Positions 19,302 through 29,400 are shown, counted from the first letter of the stretch. The stretch is 64,000 nt of DNA from Candidatus Woesebacteria bacterium RIFCSPHIGHO2_01_FULL_39_32 (GCA_001792345.1 MGGJ01000013.1:85371-149370), one strand, 5' to 3'. Translations and numbers: made by a program. Notes: generated by a model from the sequence alone, not told the origin.

Positions 19302-20105
19302 TTAAAACTTTCTCCAATTTTTATCTGCTCTGGTTCTATGGATTTTTTGAATCAACTCTTGTTGTCTGGAAATTCTTCTGGCGGTTTGAGTAACAGTTGA
19401 TATTTGCTCGGGATTTGCCTTACGAACAAAGTTATTAAACTGTTTAATCAGTTGGGTGAAAATAAGTTTTGCAACTTTCGATCGATTATAACTATATAGA
19501 ACAAAATCTTTATATAACCGTGCACGGTTCTGGTCTATTACTGGCTTCTTTACTCTGATGATTCGAATCATCGTAGTATCGACGCTTGGCAGTGGAACGA
19601 AATCATATCGGTTAAACTCCCAACAAACATTTATTTCAAACCATGGTTTTAAAAGTGTTGCCAGCATTTGGTTTTTAGAATCGTATGGCAGTCCGATAAA
19701 CTTTTTCGCTGCTTCTTTTTGAACAACTAAATACCCTTCTTGAAAATTATTATCCGAAGTAAGTTTCCTAATTACATCCGCGGTAATAACGAAAGGCATA
19801 TTTGCAAAAACTTTGTATGGATAAAGCGGCAACTTAAAGTTCGAAAACTTGTCGTGAACCAACTCTAAATTCTTGACATTTTTGAATTTTTCTTTAAGCT
19901 GAAGATAAAGCTTTGAATCAAGTTCAACCGCAATTACTTTTGCTGCTACTTTTAATAACTCTTGGGTAATAATTCCGCGGCCCGGACCGATTTCTAAAAC
20001 TGTATCTTTTTTGCCAATAGAAGATCTGCTGACAAGTTTAGTGATGAGCTTTCGGTTGAAGAGAAAGTTTTGTGAGTATAGCCTCTGCCTTTGTTTGTAC
20101 CTCAT
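19302..20105 (-). CDS. Erm-like rRNA adenine N6-methyltransferase
   Basis: YSQNFL, VLEIGPGRG, ANMPF, FVPLPSVD motifs. Confidence 0.8.
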   Translation of the reverse strand: MRYKQRQRLYSQNFLFNRKLITKLVSRSSIGKKDTVLEIGPGRGIITQELLKVAAKVIAVELDSKLYLQLKEKFKNVKNLELVHDKFSNFKLPLYPYKVFANMPFVITADVIRKLTSDNNFQEGYLVVQKEAAKKFIGLPYDSKNQMLATLLKPWFEINVCWEFNRYDFVPLPSVDTTMIRIIRVKKPVIDQNRARLYKDFVLYSYNRSKVAKLIFTQLIKQFNNFVRKANPEQISTVTQTARRISRQQELIQKIHRTRADKNWRKF

Positions 20106-20153
20106 TGTGGAACCCCCTTACAGTTACGGTTTATATTACAAATTTCCCTGGAG

Positions 20154-20744
20154 CTAATTTGAAGACAATTTTTCTTTGAATTCTTCATACGAATTATAAA
20201 CTTTTGCATTTATTCCCACTTCTTTTGCTACCTCAACATTTTTCGGATCGTCGTCCCAGTATTCTAAATCTTGAGGCTTTAAATTCAACTTATTTAAAAC
20301 CTTTTGAAAAAACTCAGGTTCTCCCTTGGTATAACCCAAATCAAAAGAAAAAAATCCTCCATCAAACTCATTTTTAAGTCCAAGTTTTTCCATTATATAC
20401 TTTCCTCTTTCTACCTCATTATCTGAAACCAGATATATTTTGTTTCCCATATTGCGTAAGTCCCTCACTACCCCTAGAACATTTTCGTCCAAAGTTCTCT
20501 CGCTATCAAACCAGTAATTTAAAAATTCTTCAACGCTTCCTTTCCATCTCCATTTTGAAAGATAGGCCGGCAAGACCTCCTTTATGGTCGTCTCTCCTCT
20601 GGCTGCCTTTTTATACTCTCCTTTGAAAAACGGAAGAATATCCTTCAAAGGAACTCCATGATCTTCTGAGTATCTTACACTGAAATATTTATGGCGCGGT
20701 CGAATTACGATTCCATCTAAATCCAATAAAATTATTTTCGACAT
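20154..20744 (-). CDS. HAD-superfamily hydrolase
   Basis: LDLDG motif I, K and WDD motifs. Confidence 0.85.
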   Translation of the reverse strand: MSKIILLDLDGIVIRPRHKYFSVRYSEDHGVPLKDILPFFKGEYKKAARGETTIKEVLPAYLSKWRWKGSVEEFLNYWFDSERTLDENVLGVVRDLRNMGNKIYLVSDNEVERGKYIMEKLGLKNEFDGGFFSFDLGYTKGEPEFFQKVLNKLNLKPQDLEYWDDDPKNVEVAKEVGINAKVYNSYEEFKEKLSSN

Positions 20745-20787
20745 GGAGTTATTGTAACACGCTTTTCAGATGGTAAAATAACTTCTA

Positions 20788-21243
20788 GTGAAGATAATTA
20801 ACCCTTCGACTCTCAGGTCCCAAAAAAAGAGCACGCTCAGGGTTAATACTGAGCGAAGTCGAAGTATTAAAAAAGAATATCATATTTGGGTTCCACAATC
20901 CGAAGTTTGGAATGCTCTCGTTAACCCCGAAACAATCCAAAAATGGGGTGAGGGAAAAGCTAACATGAGCGAAAAAGTAGGTGTGAAATTTAGTCTTTGG
21001 GATGGCCAGATACATGGAACTAATTTGGAAGTAATACCTCAAAAAAAGTTGGTTCAGGAGTGGTATTCAAGTGACGATCCCGATCACGTAACAAAAGTTA
21101 CGTTTACCTTGACTCATAAAGACGGGTGCACTGCTTTATACCTGAAACACGAAGGTGTTCGTGAGAAAAATTACGACTCAATAGATAAAGGTTGGGATGA
21201 TTATTACTTAGGAGAAATTAAAAAATTACTGGAGAAAAAATAA
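20788..21243 (+). CDS. SRPBCC/AHSA1-like protein with N-terminal palindromic-repeat insertion
   Basis: VWNALVNPETIQKW, FSLWDG, KLVQEW, GWDDYY motifs. Confidence 0.8.
   Translation: MKIINPSTLRSQKKSTLRVNTERSRSIKKEYHIWVPQSEVWNALVNPETIQKWGEGKANMSEKVGVKFSLWDGQIHGTNLEVIPQKKLVQEWYSSDDPDHVTKVTFTLTHKDGCTALYLKHEGVREKNYDSIDKGWDDYYLGEIKKLLEKK
20802..20864. repeat. CCTTCGAC...CTCAGG / CTGAGCGAAGTCGAAG palindromic repeat; further copies at 21963-21996, 22874-22901, 24358-24379, 42222-42243
   Basis: Five related imperfect hairpin copies read directly from the sequence. Confidence 0.8.
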
Positions 21244-21245
21244 CT

Positions 21246-22331
21246 TCACAAATATTTCTGAAAAAACTCGACTGTGTTTTGCATCGCTTGGGAAAATGCT
21301 GAACCAGTTAAATTATGACCGCCCGAAGAATATTCATTCAATTCGTGCGGAATGCTAGTTTTATCTAATAAACTATCTAAATTTTTACTATATTCAATAC
21401 TCACAACGTTATCATTTACCGCATGGTTAAGTTGCACTGCTCCTTTTATATCCGAGAGATAATTTGTCGCAGGAACTTGTTTCCAAAACCAATGATCTGG
21501 ATTAAATGTGCCATAAGCATCACGAAGTTGCTGTCTTTTTTTAGCTCTTTCCGAATCAGGCGGTGGCGGCTGATAAGAAGTATCTTCTATCCGATACTCC
21601 TGTAAATCCTGGTATGTGTAGCCTGCGCCAGCCCAAATAACAACTGCAGGAATTTCTGGATTAGCTCCCAAAGCTCTAAAAACAACATTTCCTGCCATCG
21701 AATGGCCCCATAAACCAATTGCCCTTGGGTTTACAAAATCAGTATTTCTTAATGCGGCAATAGCGTTTAGTGTGTCAATAACATAATCGGACGAATAATA
21801 TCCTCCACCAGGTTCGCCTTCTGAATTCCCATGTCCGCGAAGGTCTATTTTAAAAACAACAAACCCGTTTTTTGCAAGATAGTCTACATAGGAATTGTAA
21901 TTTACAGTTGTTTGATAATTTTGGGGCGGAATGTAACCGTGTACGAAAATGATAGCTGGATACCTTCGACTATCACCCTGAGCGTTAGTCGAAGGGCTTT
22001 CCTTCGGTATAGTTAATAGCCCATAGACAGTCAGTCCATCAGAATCATAGCTAGTAACGTAAGAGGTATAAATTAGTGTTTCGTTTCCCTTTCGCATTTC
22101 TTCCAGATTACTTAGATAAGATCGTTTTCTTAAATAAGGAATAGTTAATTCTTGAAAAGCAAATGGAGTAGGTGTTGGCGAGGATAATGTTATTGCTTTA
22201 TTAACACCTTCTAAAACCGGCAGAATGACTTCTTTTTTATCACTCCGATTGAAAATGGCAAAGAAAAGAATTCCCAAACCAACTATTAGAATTAACAAAA
22301 TGGGTGTAAAACCTTGAATACTTTTTCTCAT
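21246..22331 (-). CDS. S9-like alpha/beta hydrolase, membrane anchored
   Basis: HGYI, DLRGHG, GHSMAG nucleophile elbow, late Asp and His. Confidence 0.88.
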   Translation of the reverse strand: MRKSIQGFTPILLILIVGLGILFFAIFNRSDKKEVILPVLEGVNKAITLSSPTPTPFAFQELTIPYLRKRSYLSNLEEMRKGNETLIYTSYVTSYDSDGLTVYGLLTIPKESPSTNAQGDSRRYPAIIFVHGYIPPQNYQTTVNYNSYVDYLAKNGFVVFKIDLRGHGNSEGEPGGGYYSSDYVIDTLNAIAALRNTDFVNPRAIGLWGHSMAGNVVFRALGANPEIPAVVIWAGAGYTYQDLQEYRIEDTSYQPPPPDSERAKKRQQLRDAYGTFNPDHWFWKQVPATNYLSDIKGAVQLNHAVNDNVVSIEYSKNLDSLLDKTSIPHELNEYSSGGHNLTGSAFSQAMQNTVEFFQKYL

Positions 22332-22376
22332 TAATAAATACTACTAAATCCAATTTAATATTTGAAGTTTTGTAAG

Positions 22377-23468
22377 TTACTTAAGATTTTTGTTAAAAAA
22401 TTCAACAGATCGGGAAAGTGCAAGGGATAAGTTTTTACTAAGATTATGATCGTCACCCTCGTATATATAAAGTTCTACTTCTTTCCCTGCATCTTTCATT
22501 TGAGCTTCCAATGTTTTAGAGAATTCTAAGGGAACCGAAGTGTCTGCTGTTCCATGATGAAGCTGTAAAGGTCCAGAAATGTCGGCTAAATAAGAGTTGG
22601 GAGATATAGATTTCCAAAATTCTGGATTTTGATATGGATCTCCGTATTTTTCTATTAGTTCACGTCTCCATCTACCTCTCTGACTCATCGGGTTAATCGT
22701 GGGTGTTGGACCCAGTCTTTTCCTCCAGCGTTCAATCAAATCAGGGTAGCTCCCTACGACCCCTGCCCAGATGACACCGGCTTTAACATCCTTTGTAGTA
22801 ACCATTGCTTTTAGCGTAATCGAACCACCCATCGAATGTCCCCACATTCCAATCCGACTTGTGTCAACAAGTCGTCCTGAGCGACCTAAGGGAGTCGAAG
22901 GATCCTCCGAAAGGTCATTTAGCCTTTTAATAGAGGCGACGGCATTTAGTATGTCAATTGTATACGCATTTGATCCATAACCTCCTGTTGCATCTCCTTC
23001 AGAATTTCCATGCCCACGATAGTCGGATTTGAAAGTTACATAGCCTGCTCTGGCAAATGCATCCTGATACGCAACATATTTTTCGGTAGTTTTATAAATG
23101 GAAGGTGAAATGTAACCGTGATTGAAAATGATAGCTGGCCAACCTCCCACTGGCTGAGTTCCATTCGGTGCGGTTAATAAGCCATAAATTTTTAAGCCTT
23201 CGGATTTATATGAGGCAATATACCTTTTGTAGTTAGATCCTGCGCTTAGAGTTTGTTCGATAATAATATCGCTTCCTGGATATTCGCCTTCTCTGAGGGC
23301 TTGAATCGACAGTGGATGCGGCTCAACTTCTGGACCGCCTTCATTTTCTTGAACAACATTGTATATTATAGATTCCCTAACATCCTGATTTTTTGAAGAA
23401 TAAACATAAGCACTCACCCCCAATAAGATAAGAAGGAAAATTAGTACGAATTTGTTTTTTGTGACCAT
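22377..23468 (-). CDS. S9-like alpha/beta hydrolase, paralog of neighbour
   Basis: HGYI, DYRGHG, GHSMGG, HGTAD, GDDH. Confidence 0.88.
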   Translation of the reverse strand: MVTKNKFVLIFLLILLGVSAYVYSSKNQDVRESIIYNVVQENEGGPEVEPHPLSIQALREGEYPGSDIIIEQTLSAGSNYKRYIASYKSEGLKIYGLLTAPNGTQPVGGWPAIIFNHGYISPSIYKTTEKYVAYQDAFARAGYVTFKSDYRGHGNSEGDATGGYGSNAYTIDILNAVASIKRLNDLSEDPSTPLGRSGRLVDTSRIGMWGHSMGGSITLKAMVTTKDVKAGVIWAGVVGSYPDLIERWRKRLGPTPTINPMSQRGRWRRELIEKYGDPYQNPEFWKSISPNSYLADISGPLQLHHGTADTSVPLEFSKTLEAQMKDAGKEVELYIYEGDDHNLSKNLSLALSRSVEFFNKNLK

Positions 23469-23505
23469 TGTTACATTTTACCCAAGGATTTAAAAGTGTA
23501 AAGAA

Positions 23506-23527
23506 GGACGCACCAACTGGTGCGTCC
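23506..23527 (-). terminator. rho-independent terminator
   Basis: GGACGCACCA/TGGTGCGTCC stem followed by TTCTTT on the minus strand, just after the 23551 ORF. Confidence 0.65.
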
Positions 23528-23550
23528 CCCCTTGTGATAAGAAACAAACC

Positions 23551-24042
23551 TTAATTGTTTGTACCCATCATGTAACCTTTGTGGAATCCACGCATAAAGC
23601 CGCGACCGAAAGGTCCCAAAAGCGGTAGATCTATCCCCGGCCCTTCTGCCCAGGTTTTAAATTCATCATGAAGAGCATGCATCTTCTCATGTCTTTCTTC
23701 CACATTCAAATCTTTCCACTCTTCCATTTTGTTGTGCATCTCTTCGTGTTTATCTAAAATTACCTGCTTTTGTTCGGCTGTTATTTTCCCATCATTTACA
23801 AGATCGTCTAACCTTTCAGACCACCTTGCTTGCATTTCTGCATAATGTTCTTCTCTATCTTCTACAAAAACTGCCTGTACATCAGCCTCATTTAAATTAA
23901 ACTTCTCGGCAATCTTTTGAACAATCGATGGATAGTCGTCGGAATCTTGTGCCGAAGCAACCGAAACGCTTAATAATCCAACTAGAATTACTCCTAAAAC
24001 TAACATTGTGGGAAAAATTACTTTCTTTACCTTTTTACTCAT
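23551..24042 (-). CDS. secreted helical His/Met-rich protein
   Basis: Signal peptide ending VASA; helical charged body with His/Met; downstream of a two-component pair. Confidence 0.65.
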   Translation of the reverse strand: MSKKVKKVIFPTMLVLGVILVGLLSVSVASAQDSDDYPSIVQKIAEKFNLNEADVQAVFVEDREEHYAEMQARWSERLDDLVNDGKITAEQKQVILDKHEEMHNKMEEWKDLNVEERHEKMHALHDEFKTWAEGPGIDLPLLGPFGRGFMRGFHKGYMMGTNN

Positions 24043-24106
24043 ATATCTCACCACCAATCTAATTCTCTAATACCTTAACTAATAAACCTGAAAAAACGCT
24101 GAAGAA

Positions 24107-25177
24107 TCAGGCGGGAAGAATAACTTTAAATGTGGAACCTTTACCTACTTCGCTTTTAACTTTAATTTCTCCTTTGTGTACATCAACAATTGACTTAGCA
24201 ATTGAAAGGCCGAGGCCGTAGCCATCTATTTTGGCTTTACTTCTTGAAGAATCGGCTCTGTAAAAGCGATCGAAAATGTGAAGAATATCTTTTTCTGCAA
24301 TTCCAACTCCTTCATCTTTAACCTCGATCACAGCATTTTTTCTCAAACCCCTTAGTTGTCCTGAGCGAAGTCGAAGGACTCTTACTCTTACTTCTGATTT
24401 CTCTGGAGAATATTTAACTGCATTATTAATCAGAATTGAGATAAGTTCTACCAAACTTTGCGGGTTACCATTTACAACAACTTCTGACAAATCATCTTTA
24501 ATCGTAATCTTTTTCTCTACAGCCACCGGCATATTTCTTTCAATCGCTTGCCGAGAAGCTTCTACAAGATCAACCTCTTCCGTTAGTAAATTATTTCCGT
24601 TTGTTTCATAACGAGACAAAGATAAAAGGTTGTCTGTAAAATATTTCATTTTATCTACTTCGGCTAAATTACTTTTTAATAAGTCTTTTGCGTCTTTTAA
24701 AATTAATTTTTTGTCACGAAGAGCTACTTCTACCTCGGTTTTCATCGATGCTAAAGGTGTGCGAAGTTCGTGAGAAGCATCTGCAACAAATCTCTTTTGT
24801 TCTTCAACCATTACTTCAATAGGGGCAAGTGTCTTTCCAGCCAAAAAATATCCTGAAGTTCCAGCTAGAATTAAAATTCCTCCGTTTATTATTAATAGCT
24901 GTAAAGCAAACCTACGTTTGGCGAGATTTATAATTTCAATAAATTCCTCGGGAGGAAGTTCGTCCGGGTAAATTAAAAAGGGTAAAATTCGAAAAAATCC
25001 GTTTCGCTCTTGAACAACTATTCTTTGCTGTGCGGCGCCTCGAAGCGCCTGCATATGAAATCCACGCCCAAGTTCTTTCGTAAAACCTCGGTAAACAATC
25101 AGACTAAAAAACCCGCTTACTATCATAATAATAAGCAGGTACCAGAGAGTTAATTTAATTCGAGCGTTTTCAAACAT
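24107..25177 (-). CDS. sensor histidine kinase
   Basis: ADASHELRTPL H box, NNAVKY, DEGVGI, FDRFYR, GLGLSI. Confidence 0.95.
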   Translation of the reverse strand: MFENARIKLTLWYLLIIMIVSGFFSLIVYRGFTKELGRGFHMQALRGAAQQRIVVQERNGFFRILPFLIYPDELPPEEFIEIINLAKRRFALQLLIINGGILILAGTSGYFLAGKTLAPIEVMVEEQKRFVADASHELRTPLASMKTEVEVALRDKKLILKDAKDLLKSNLAEVDKMKYFTDNLLSLSRYETNGNNLLTEEVDLVEASRQAIERNMPVAVEKKITIKDDLSEVVVNGNPQSLVELISILINNAVKYSPEKSEVRVRVLRLRSGQLRGLRKNAVIEVKDEGVGIAEKDILHIFDRFYRADSSRSKAKIDGYGLGLSIAKSIVDVHKGEIKVKSEVGKGSTFKVILPA

Positions 25178-25232
25178 GATTATTTATCTCAAAACGCAAA
25201 ACTCAAAGCTCAAACCCATATCTAAAAACTTA

Positions 25233-25925
25233 TTAACTTTTAACATTTGAGTTTTGACCTAATTTATATCCAAATCCCCTTACAGTATGAATTATTGGTT
25301 TTTCTTTTGGAAATACGTTGTCGATCTTTCTCCGTAAATAACCAACGTAAACTTCAACCGTATTCGGAAGCACGTCGGCATCATAATCCCAAACATGAGC
25401 AATGATTTGATCTTTAGTCATAATCTTTCCAGGGTTACGCATTAAGTATTCCAAAAGCGCAAACTCGCGCCGTGTAAGATTTACCGATTTTCCCACACGT
25501 TTTACTTCATACGCGGTAGTGTCTAATTCCAAATCACCTACCTTAAGTATAGTTTGCCCACCATTTACTGGCCTGCGCGTCAGCGCTCTAATTCTTGCCA
25601 AAAGTTCTTCGAATGCGAATGGTTTTACAAGATAATCGTCTGCCCCCGCATTTAGTCCATCAACCTTGTCAGATGTTTGTCCTTTTGCTGTAAGCATTAA
25701 AATCGGAGTATGATTTCTATCTTCGCGAAGTTTTTTACATAGCGTAACTCCATCCAGTCCGGGAAGCATTAGATCCAATATTATTACGTCGTACTCCTCG
25801 GCAGAAGCCATATCATATCCCTCGTTTCCATCATAGACCACGTCAACTGCGTACCCCTCTTGCTCCAATCCTTTTTTAACCGAGTTTGCAATCTTGTATT
25901 CATCTTCAACCACTAAAATCCTCAT
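25233..25925 (-). CDS. OmpR/PhoB-family response regulator
   Basis: Receiver (LDLMLP, KPF) plus winged helix (TVRGFGY). Confidence 0.95.
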   Translation of the reverse strand: MRILVVEDEYKIANSVKKGLEQEGYAVDVVYDGNEGYDMASAEEYDVIILDLMLPGLDGVTLCKKLREDRNHTPILMLTAKGQTSDKVDGLNAGADDYLVKPFAFEELLARIRALTRRPVNGGQTILKVGDLELDTTAYEVKRVGKSVNLTRREFALLEYLMRNPGKIMTKDQIIAHVWDYDADVLPNTVEVYVGYLRRKIDNVFPKEKPIIHTVRGFGYKLGQNSNVKS

Positions 25926-26016
25926 TATTCCAAATTATACTCCGGAAGCTGAGAATTAACTGAATATTTTTCTCAGCTAACTTTAAGAAAGAATATGATA
26001 TATTTATCTTTTGTGC

Positions 26017-26784
26017 ATGAAAAATAAATTAGTAATTATCGTTTTGTTCTTGCTTCTTATTCCACCTTTTATAGTTTCCTACAAATTTATAGCATCCAAA
26101 AATACTGCCGGAGCGCCGCCTTATGCAATTGAAGATTTGGAACCACCCGAAACCGATCCTTATGCATGGCTTCGCGATTGGAAAAGACCAGATGGACCAC
26201 CCAAAGTGGGGTTACAAGTTGGACACTGGAAAAATAGTGAGCTTCCGGAGGAACTCGAACGATTAAGGGGTAACTCCGGATCCTCCGGCGGCGGGAAAGC
26301 AGAGTGGGAAGTAAATCTAGCTATTGCCAAAAGTACTGCTGAAATTTTAAAGGGGAAGAGAATTATAGTAGAAGTTCTTCCTGCAACCATACCTCCTCAA
26401 TTTTGGGCAGATGTTTTTGTTGCAATTCATGCGGATGGTTCAACTGATTCAACCAAATCGGGTTTCAAGGCTGCAAATCCTAGACGGGATTATACAGGAC
26501 GTGCTCCAAAGTTATTGGAATTAATTGAGGGAGAGTATGAATTATCAACTGGCTTTCAAAAAGATCCCAACGTTACTCGAAATATGCGAGGCTACTATGC
26601 TTTTGCCTGGTGGAGATACCAACATGCAGTTCACCCAATGACGGCTTCCGTAATTTTAGAAACGGGTTTTCTTACGAGTTCCTTAGACCGCAGAATTATT
26701 GTTAATAGACCGGAAATCTCGGCAGAGGGAATAGCAAATGGCATAGTTAGGTACCTTGAGTCGGAAAACCTACTAATGAATTAG
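26017..26784 (+). CDS. N-acetylmuramoyl-L-alanine amidase (Amidase_3-like)
   Basis: QVGH, E..VNL, AIHAD, ILETGF zinc motifs; N-terminal TM. Confidence 0.8.
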   Translation: MKNKLVIIVLFLLLIPPFIVSYKFIASKNTAGAPPYAIEDLEPPETDPYAWLRDWKRPDGPPKVGLQVGHWKNSELPEELERLRGNSGSSGGGKAEWEVNLAIAKSTAEILKGKRIIVEVLPATIPPQFWADVFVAIHADGSTDSTKSGFKAANPRRDYTGRAPKLLELIEGEYELSTGFQKDPNVTRNMRGYYAFAWWRYQHAVHPMTASVILETGFLTSSLDRRIIVNRPEISAEGIANGIVRYLESENLLMN

Positions 26785-26790
26785 AGTAGA

Positions 26791-26988
26791 TTATTCTTCT
26801 TTGGGGATTATTATCCAGCAGAGAACATATGGAATAATTCCTGGAAGCCCGCCGGGAATGAGAAGAAAAATCCAAATAACTCTAATTACAACTGGATCAA
26901 CGTTAAAATAATTCCCAATCCCCACACAAACTCCCGCTAAGACTTTTCCCTTTTTCGATCTAACCAACCTTTTGATTTCTTTCTTCAC
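26791..26988 (-). CDS. PspC-domain protein
   Basis: KRLVRS...LAGVCVGIGNYFNVDPVVIR...YVLCWIIIP; start uncertain (GTG 26988). Confidence 0.85.
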   Translation of the reverse strand: MKKEIKRLVRSKKGKVLAGVCVGIGNYFNVDPVVIRVIWIFLLIPGGLPGIIPYVLCWIIIPKEE

Positions 26989-27014
26989 CGCAATTTGATC
27001 TATTTTACCACAAA

Positions 27015-29342
27015 TTATAATCTGAGAGGTACCCATTCAGGATCAAATGGCAGTTCATTTGGAGTTACAAGTTCATTACCTACTTCATCACGAGGCGAAA
27101 CCTCTCTTACAAAAGTCATTACTTGACCCTCTGCAAGTGTACCAACCTTACGACGCCTTCTTATTTCTTCCCAAATATCAATTCCATAGTCTTCCTTAAT
27201 TTCTTTTGCATGAACCTTTGCTCCTTCTGAACCAAGTGTGTAGATACTCCCTATAGGATATTCACGATAGTGAGCTCTTTTCCATTCGAATATTCGACCA
27301 AGCATGGATTCTTCACCAAATTCTAGCTCTTCGTATTTTGATAGGTCACCAGAGGTAATCAAATACAAACGTCTTAAAACTACATTAGTTAGAAGTTGTT
27401 TTTGGGTAGCGTCAAGTGTTAAGGTGCCCCTGTCTTCATTGAGTAATTTGCCTTCTTTGTCCACCCAAAATACAAACGGTTTAGAACTAACATCGAGAGT
27501 AACAAAAACCTTGTGCTCTCTTGGGTACTTTTTGTCGATTCTGAAAACTATTGAGGAAATTCCTTTTGAACCAATTTCGATGTCCCTTTCTTGTGAGAAC
27601 CTATCGCCCCTTGGAGACACGAACCATTTTGAATTGTCCAAGATTACTTTGGTTAAACCAACGTTCTGCCTTTCGATATTATCAACTCTACCATCATCTG
27701 GGTCTAAACATTCCTTGCAAAATTGATAAAGCAAGCTTAACCTTAACTCAGAATTCTGCCCCAATTCAGCACTTTCCGCGAGTTCCTGAAGAGTCAACGT
27801 AGTAGGTTTTCTAAAATGGCCCTGTTGAAAAAAATTTTTCATTTGAGGAGTAACCTTATCCTTGGGTATAGTAAGATAGATCATTAAATCCTCATTTATT
27901 CCAGACTGTAGATAAATGTCTCGAAGGGGTAAGTAAAATGGAATTAGAAAGGTCGGAATCTGGCTTGGAACATATGAAGTGAACTTTTCCCGAAATTCAC
28001 TATCCATTCTAGTAAATAACATGTCATCAATATTTTTCATTACACCTGGTTTACCCCTCTTTCTCATGTGCTCGAAGTCTGCTGTTGTCCCAATTGTAAA
28101 GGTAAAACCCGCAAAGATGCGGAATTCATCTTCTTGCACTAATTTTTTCACCGAAGGTTGAACGTTATCTGAACCAATGTAAACTAAACCCTCGATTTTA
28201 CTCGCCTCAACATATTCAGGTTGTCCAGGAAGAACTTCAAAAGACCGATAAATTTCATGAAGACGACTTATAAAAAAATCTAGTTCTTTTTTGATACCAC
28301 CACCGCTACTAAAGTCAGAAAAGATTGTATCGACAATTTCCTTGTGTACATTTTTAACTACCATTGTATATCCTGAAGATAAACCAGAAGTAAGAGTGTC
28401 GTAGATTAAAGACATTCTTGGGTATTTTTCATCGACGCCAGGTTCCAGCATGGTTGCACGGTTCCTTAAAAAGATTAAATAAGATTTTCCCAGCTCCTGA
28501 AATCTGTCCTGTTCTTCAGATTCTACAACTAAAAGTTGAGGATCTAAGGCCAACTCTAATGCGGGTGCTAGTACGCTCGTATCTTCTCCTGTCGACACTA
28601 TTGTCGGGCTTTTTCTATATTTGTGTTTTGTGAACAGGCTGGTATCTTTTGTTCTCCTTAGGTATTTAGAGAGTGACTCAATAAAGTAATCTAACGATCC
28701 TTGGACATCGGCCCTCTTTTCCTCCGGTAAAGCTTGCGTGTTATTTTTAAATTGGTTGATTATACTTGGCAGTAATCTTAGGGGAACTTGAGCCTCGTCT
28801 CCTGGGGAGAAAACATCCATAACTGCCTTCCTTAGGATTAAACCACTAACCTCTTTTTCGATCTCGATAGCTCTTGAATTTTCATCAATATCATCTTTGT
28901 ATTTTTCTCTATAAAGTTTGTTTTTTTCAACGCCAGGTTTATGTTTACCTTTAAACCTTCTATCTAATTCCTTTTTGTCTTTTTCAAACTGATCATTCAA
29001 AGTAGATATTCTTTGTACATAGATTTGCTCTCTAAATTTGTGTTCCTTTAACAATTCAACAAATGCTAAAACCCTAGCTTGAGGATTTCCCAGATCTCCT
29101 TCCACACAATAATCCCTTTTTATAGGATTTTCTCCTTCGGTAAGTAAATTCAGTTCTACTCCAACAAGTTGGCCTTCTATAACCTTATTTACTTCATCCA
29201 TTGTCCTCTCTGGAGCAACTAGCCAGGCATTATCTCGCGGAGTAACTTCTATTACCTCGCTTTGCTTTCCCGGGTACCAAGGATATGATTCTCTTGCAGG
29301 AATGATGATTTTACTTAAATCTTGTTCCCTTTCATTTGTCAT
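27015..29342 (-). CDS. large hypothetical protein
   Basis: 775-aa ORF with TATAAT just upstream; no recognised family motif. Confidence 0.75.
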   Translation of the reverse strand: MTNEREQDLSKIIIPARESYPWYPGKQSEVIEVTPRDNAWLVAPERTMDEVNKVIEGQLVGVELNLLTEGENPIKRDYCVEGDLGNPQARVLAFVELLKEHKFREQIYVQRISTLNDQFEKDKKELDRRFKGKHKPGVEKNKLYREKYKDDIDENSRAIEIEKEVSGLILRKAVMDVFSPGDEAQVPLRLLPSIINQFKNNTQALPEEKRADVQGSLDYFIESLSKYLRRTKDTSLFTKHKYRKSPTIVSTGEDTSVLAPALELALDPQLLVVESEEQDRFQELGKSYLIFLRNRATMLEPGVDEKYPRMSLIYDTLTSGLSSGYTMVVKNVHKEIVDTIFSDFSSGGGIKKELDFFISRLHEIYRSFEVLPGQPEYVEASKIEGLVYIGSDNVQPSVKKLVQEDEFRIFAGFTFTIGTTADFEHMRKRGKPGVMKNIDDMLFTRMDSEFREKFTSYVPSQIPTFLIPFYLPLRDIYLQSGINEDLMIYLTIPKDKVTPQMKNFFQQGHFRKPTTLTLQELAESAELGQNSELRLSLLYQFCKECLDPDDGRVDNIERQNVGLTKVILDNSKWFVSPRGDRFSQERDIEIGSKGISSIVFRIDKKYPREHKVFVTLDVSSKPFVFWVDKEGKLLNEDRGTLTLDATQKQLLTNVVLRRLYLITSGDLSKYEELEFGEESMLGRIFEWKRAHYREYPIGSIYTLGSEGAKVHAKEIKEDYGIDIWEEIRRRRKVGTLAEGQVMTFVREVSPRDEVGNELVTPNELPFDPEWVPLRL

Positions 29343-29400
29343 ACCGAATATTATACAAACTTTGTAAACAACGTGCTCTTTCGATTCTATTGAGGAGGAA

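Noticed and set aside
20802-24379. CRISPR array
   Set aside because: The repeats are dispersed, variable and inside ORFs; there are no regular spacers or cas genes
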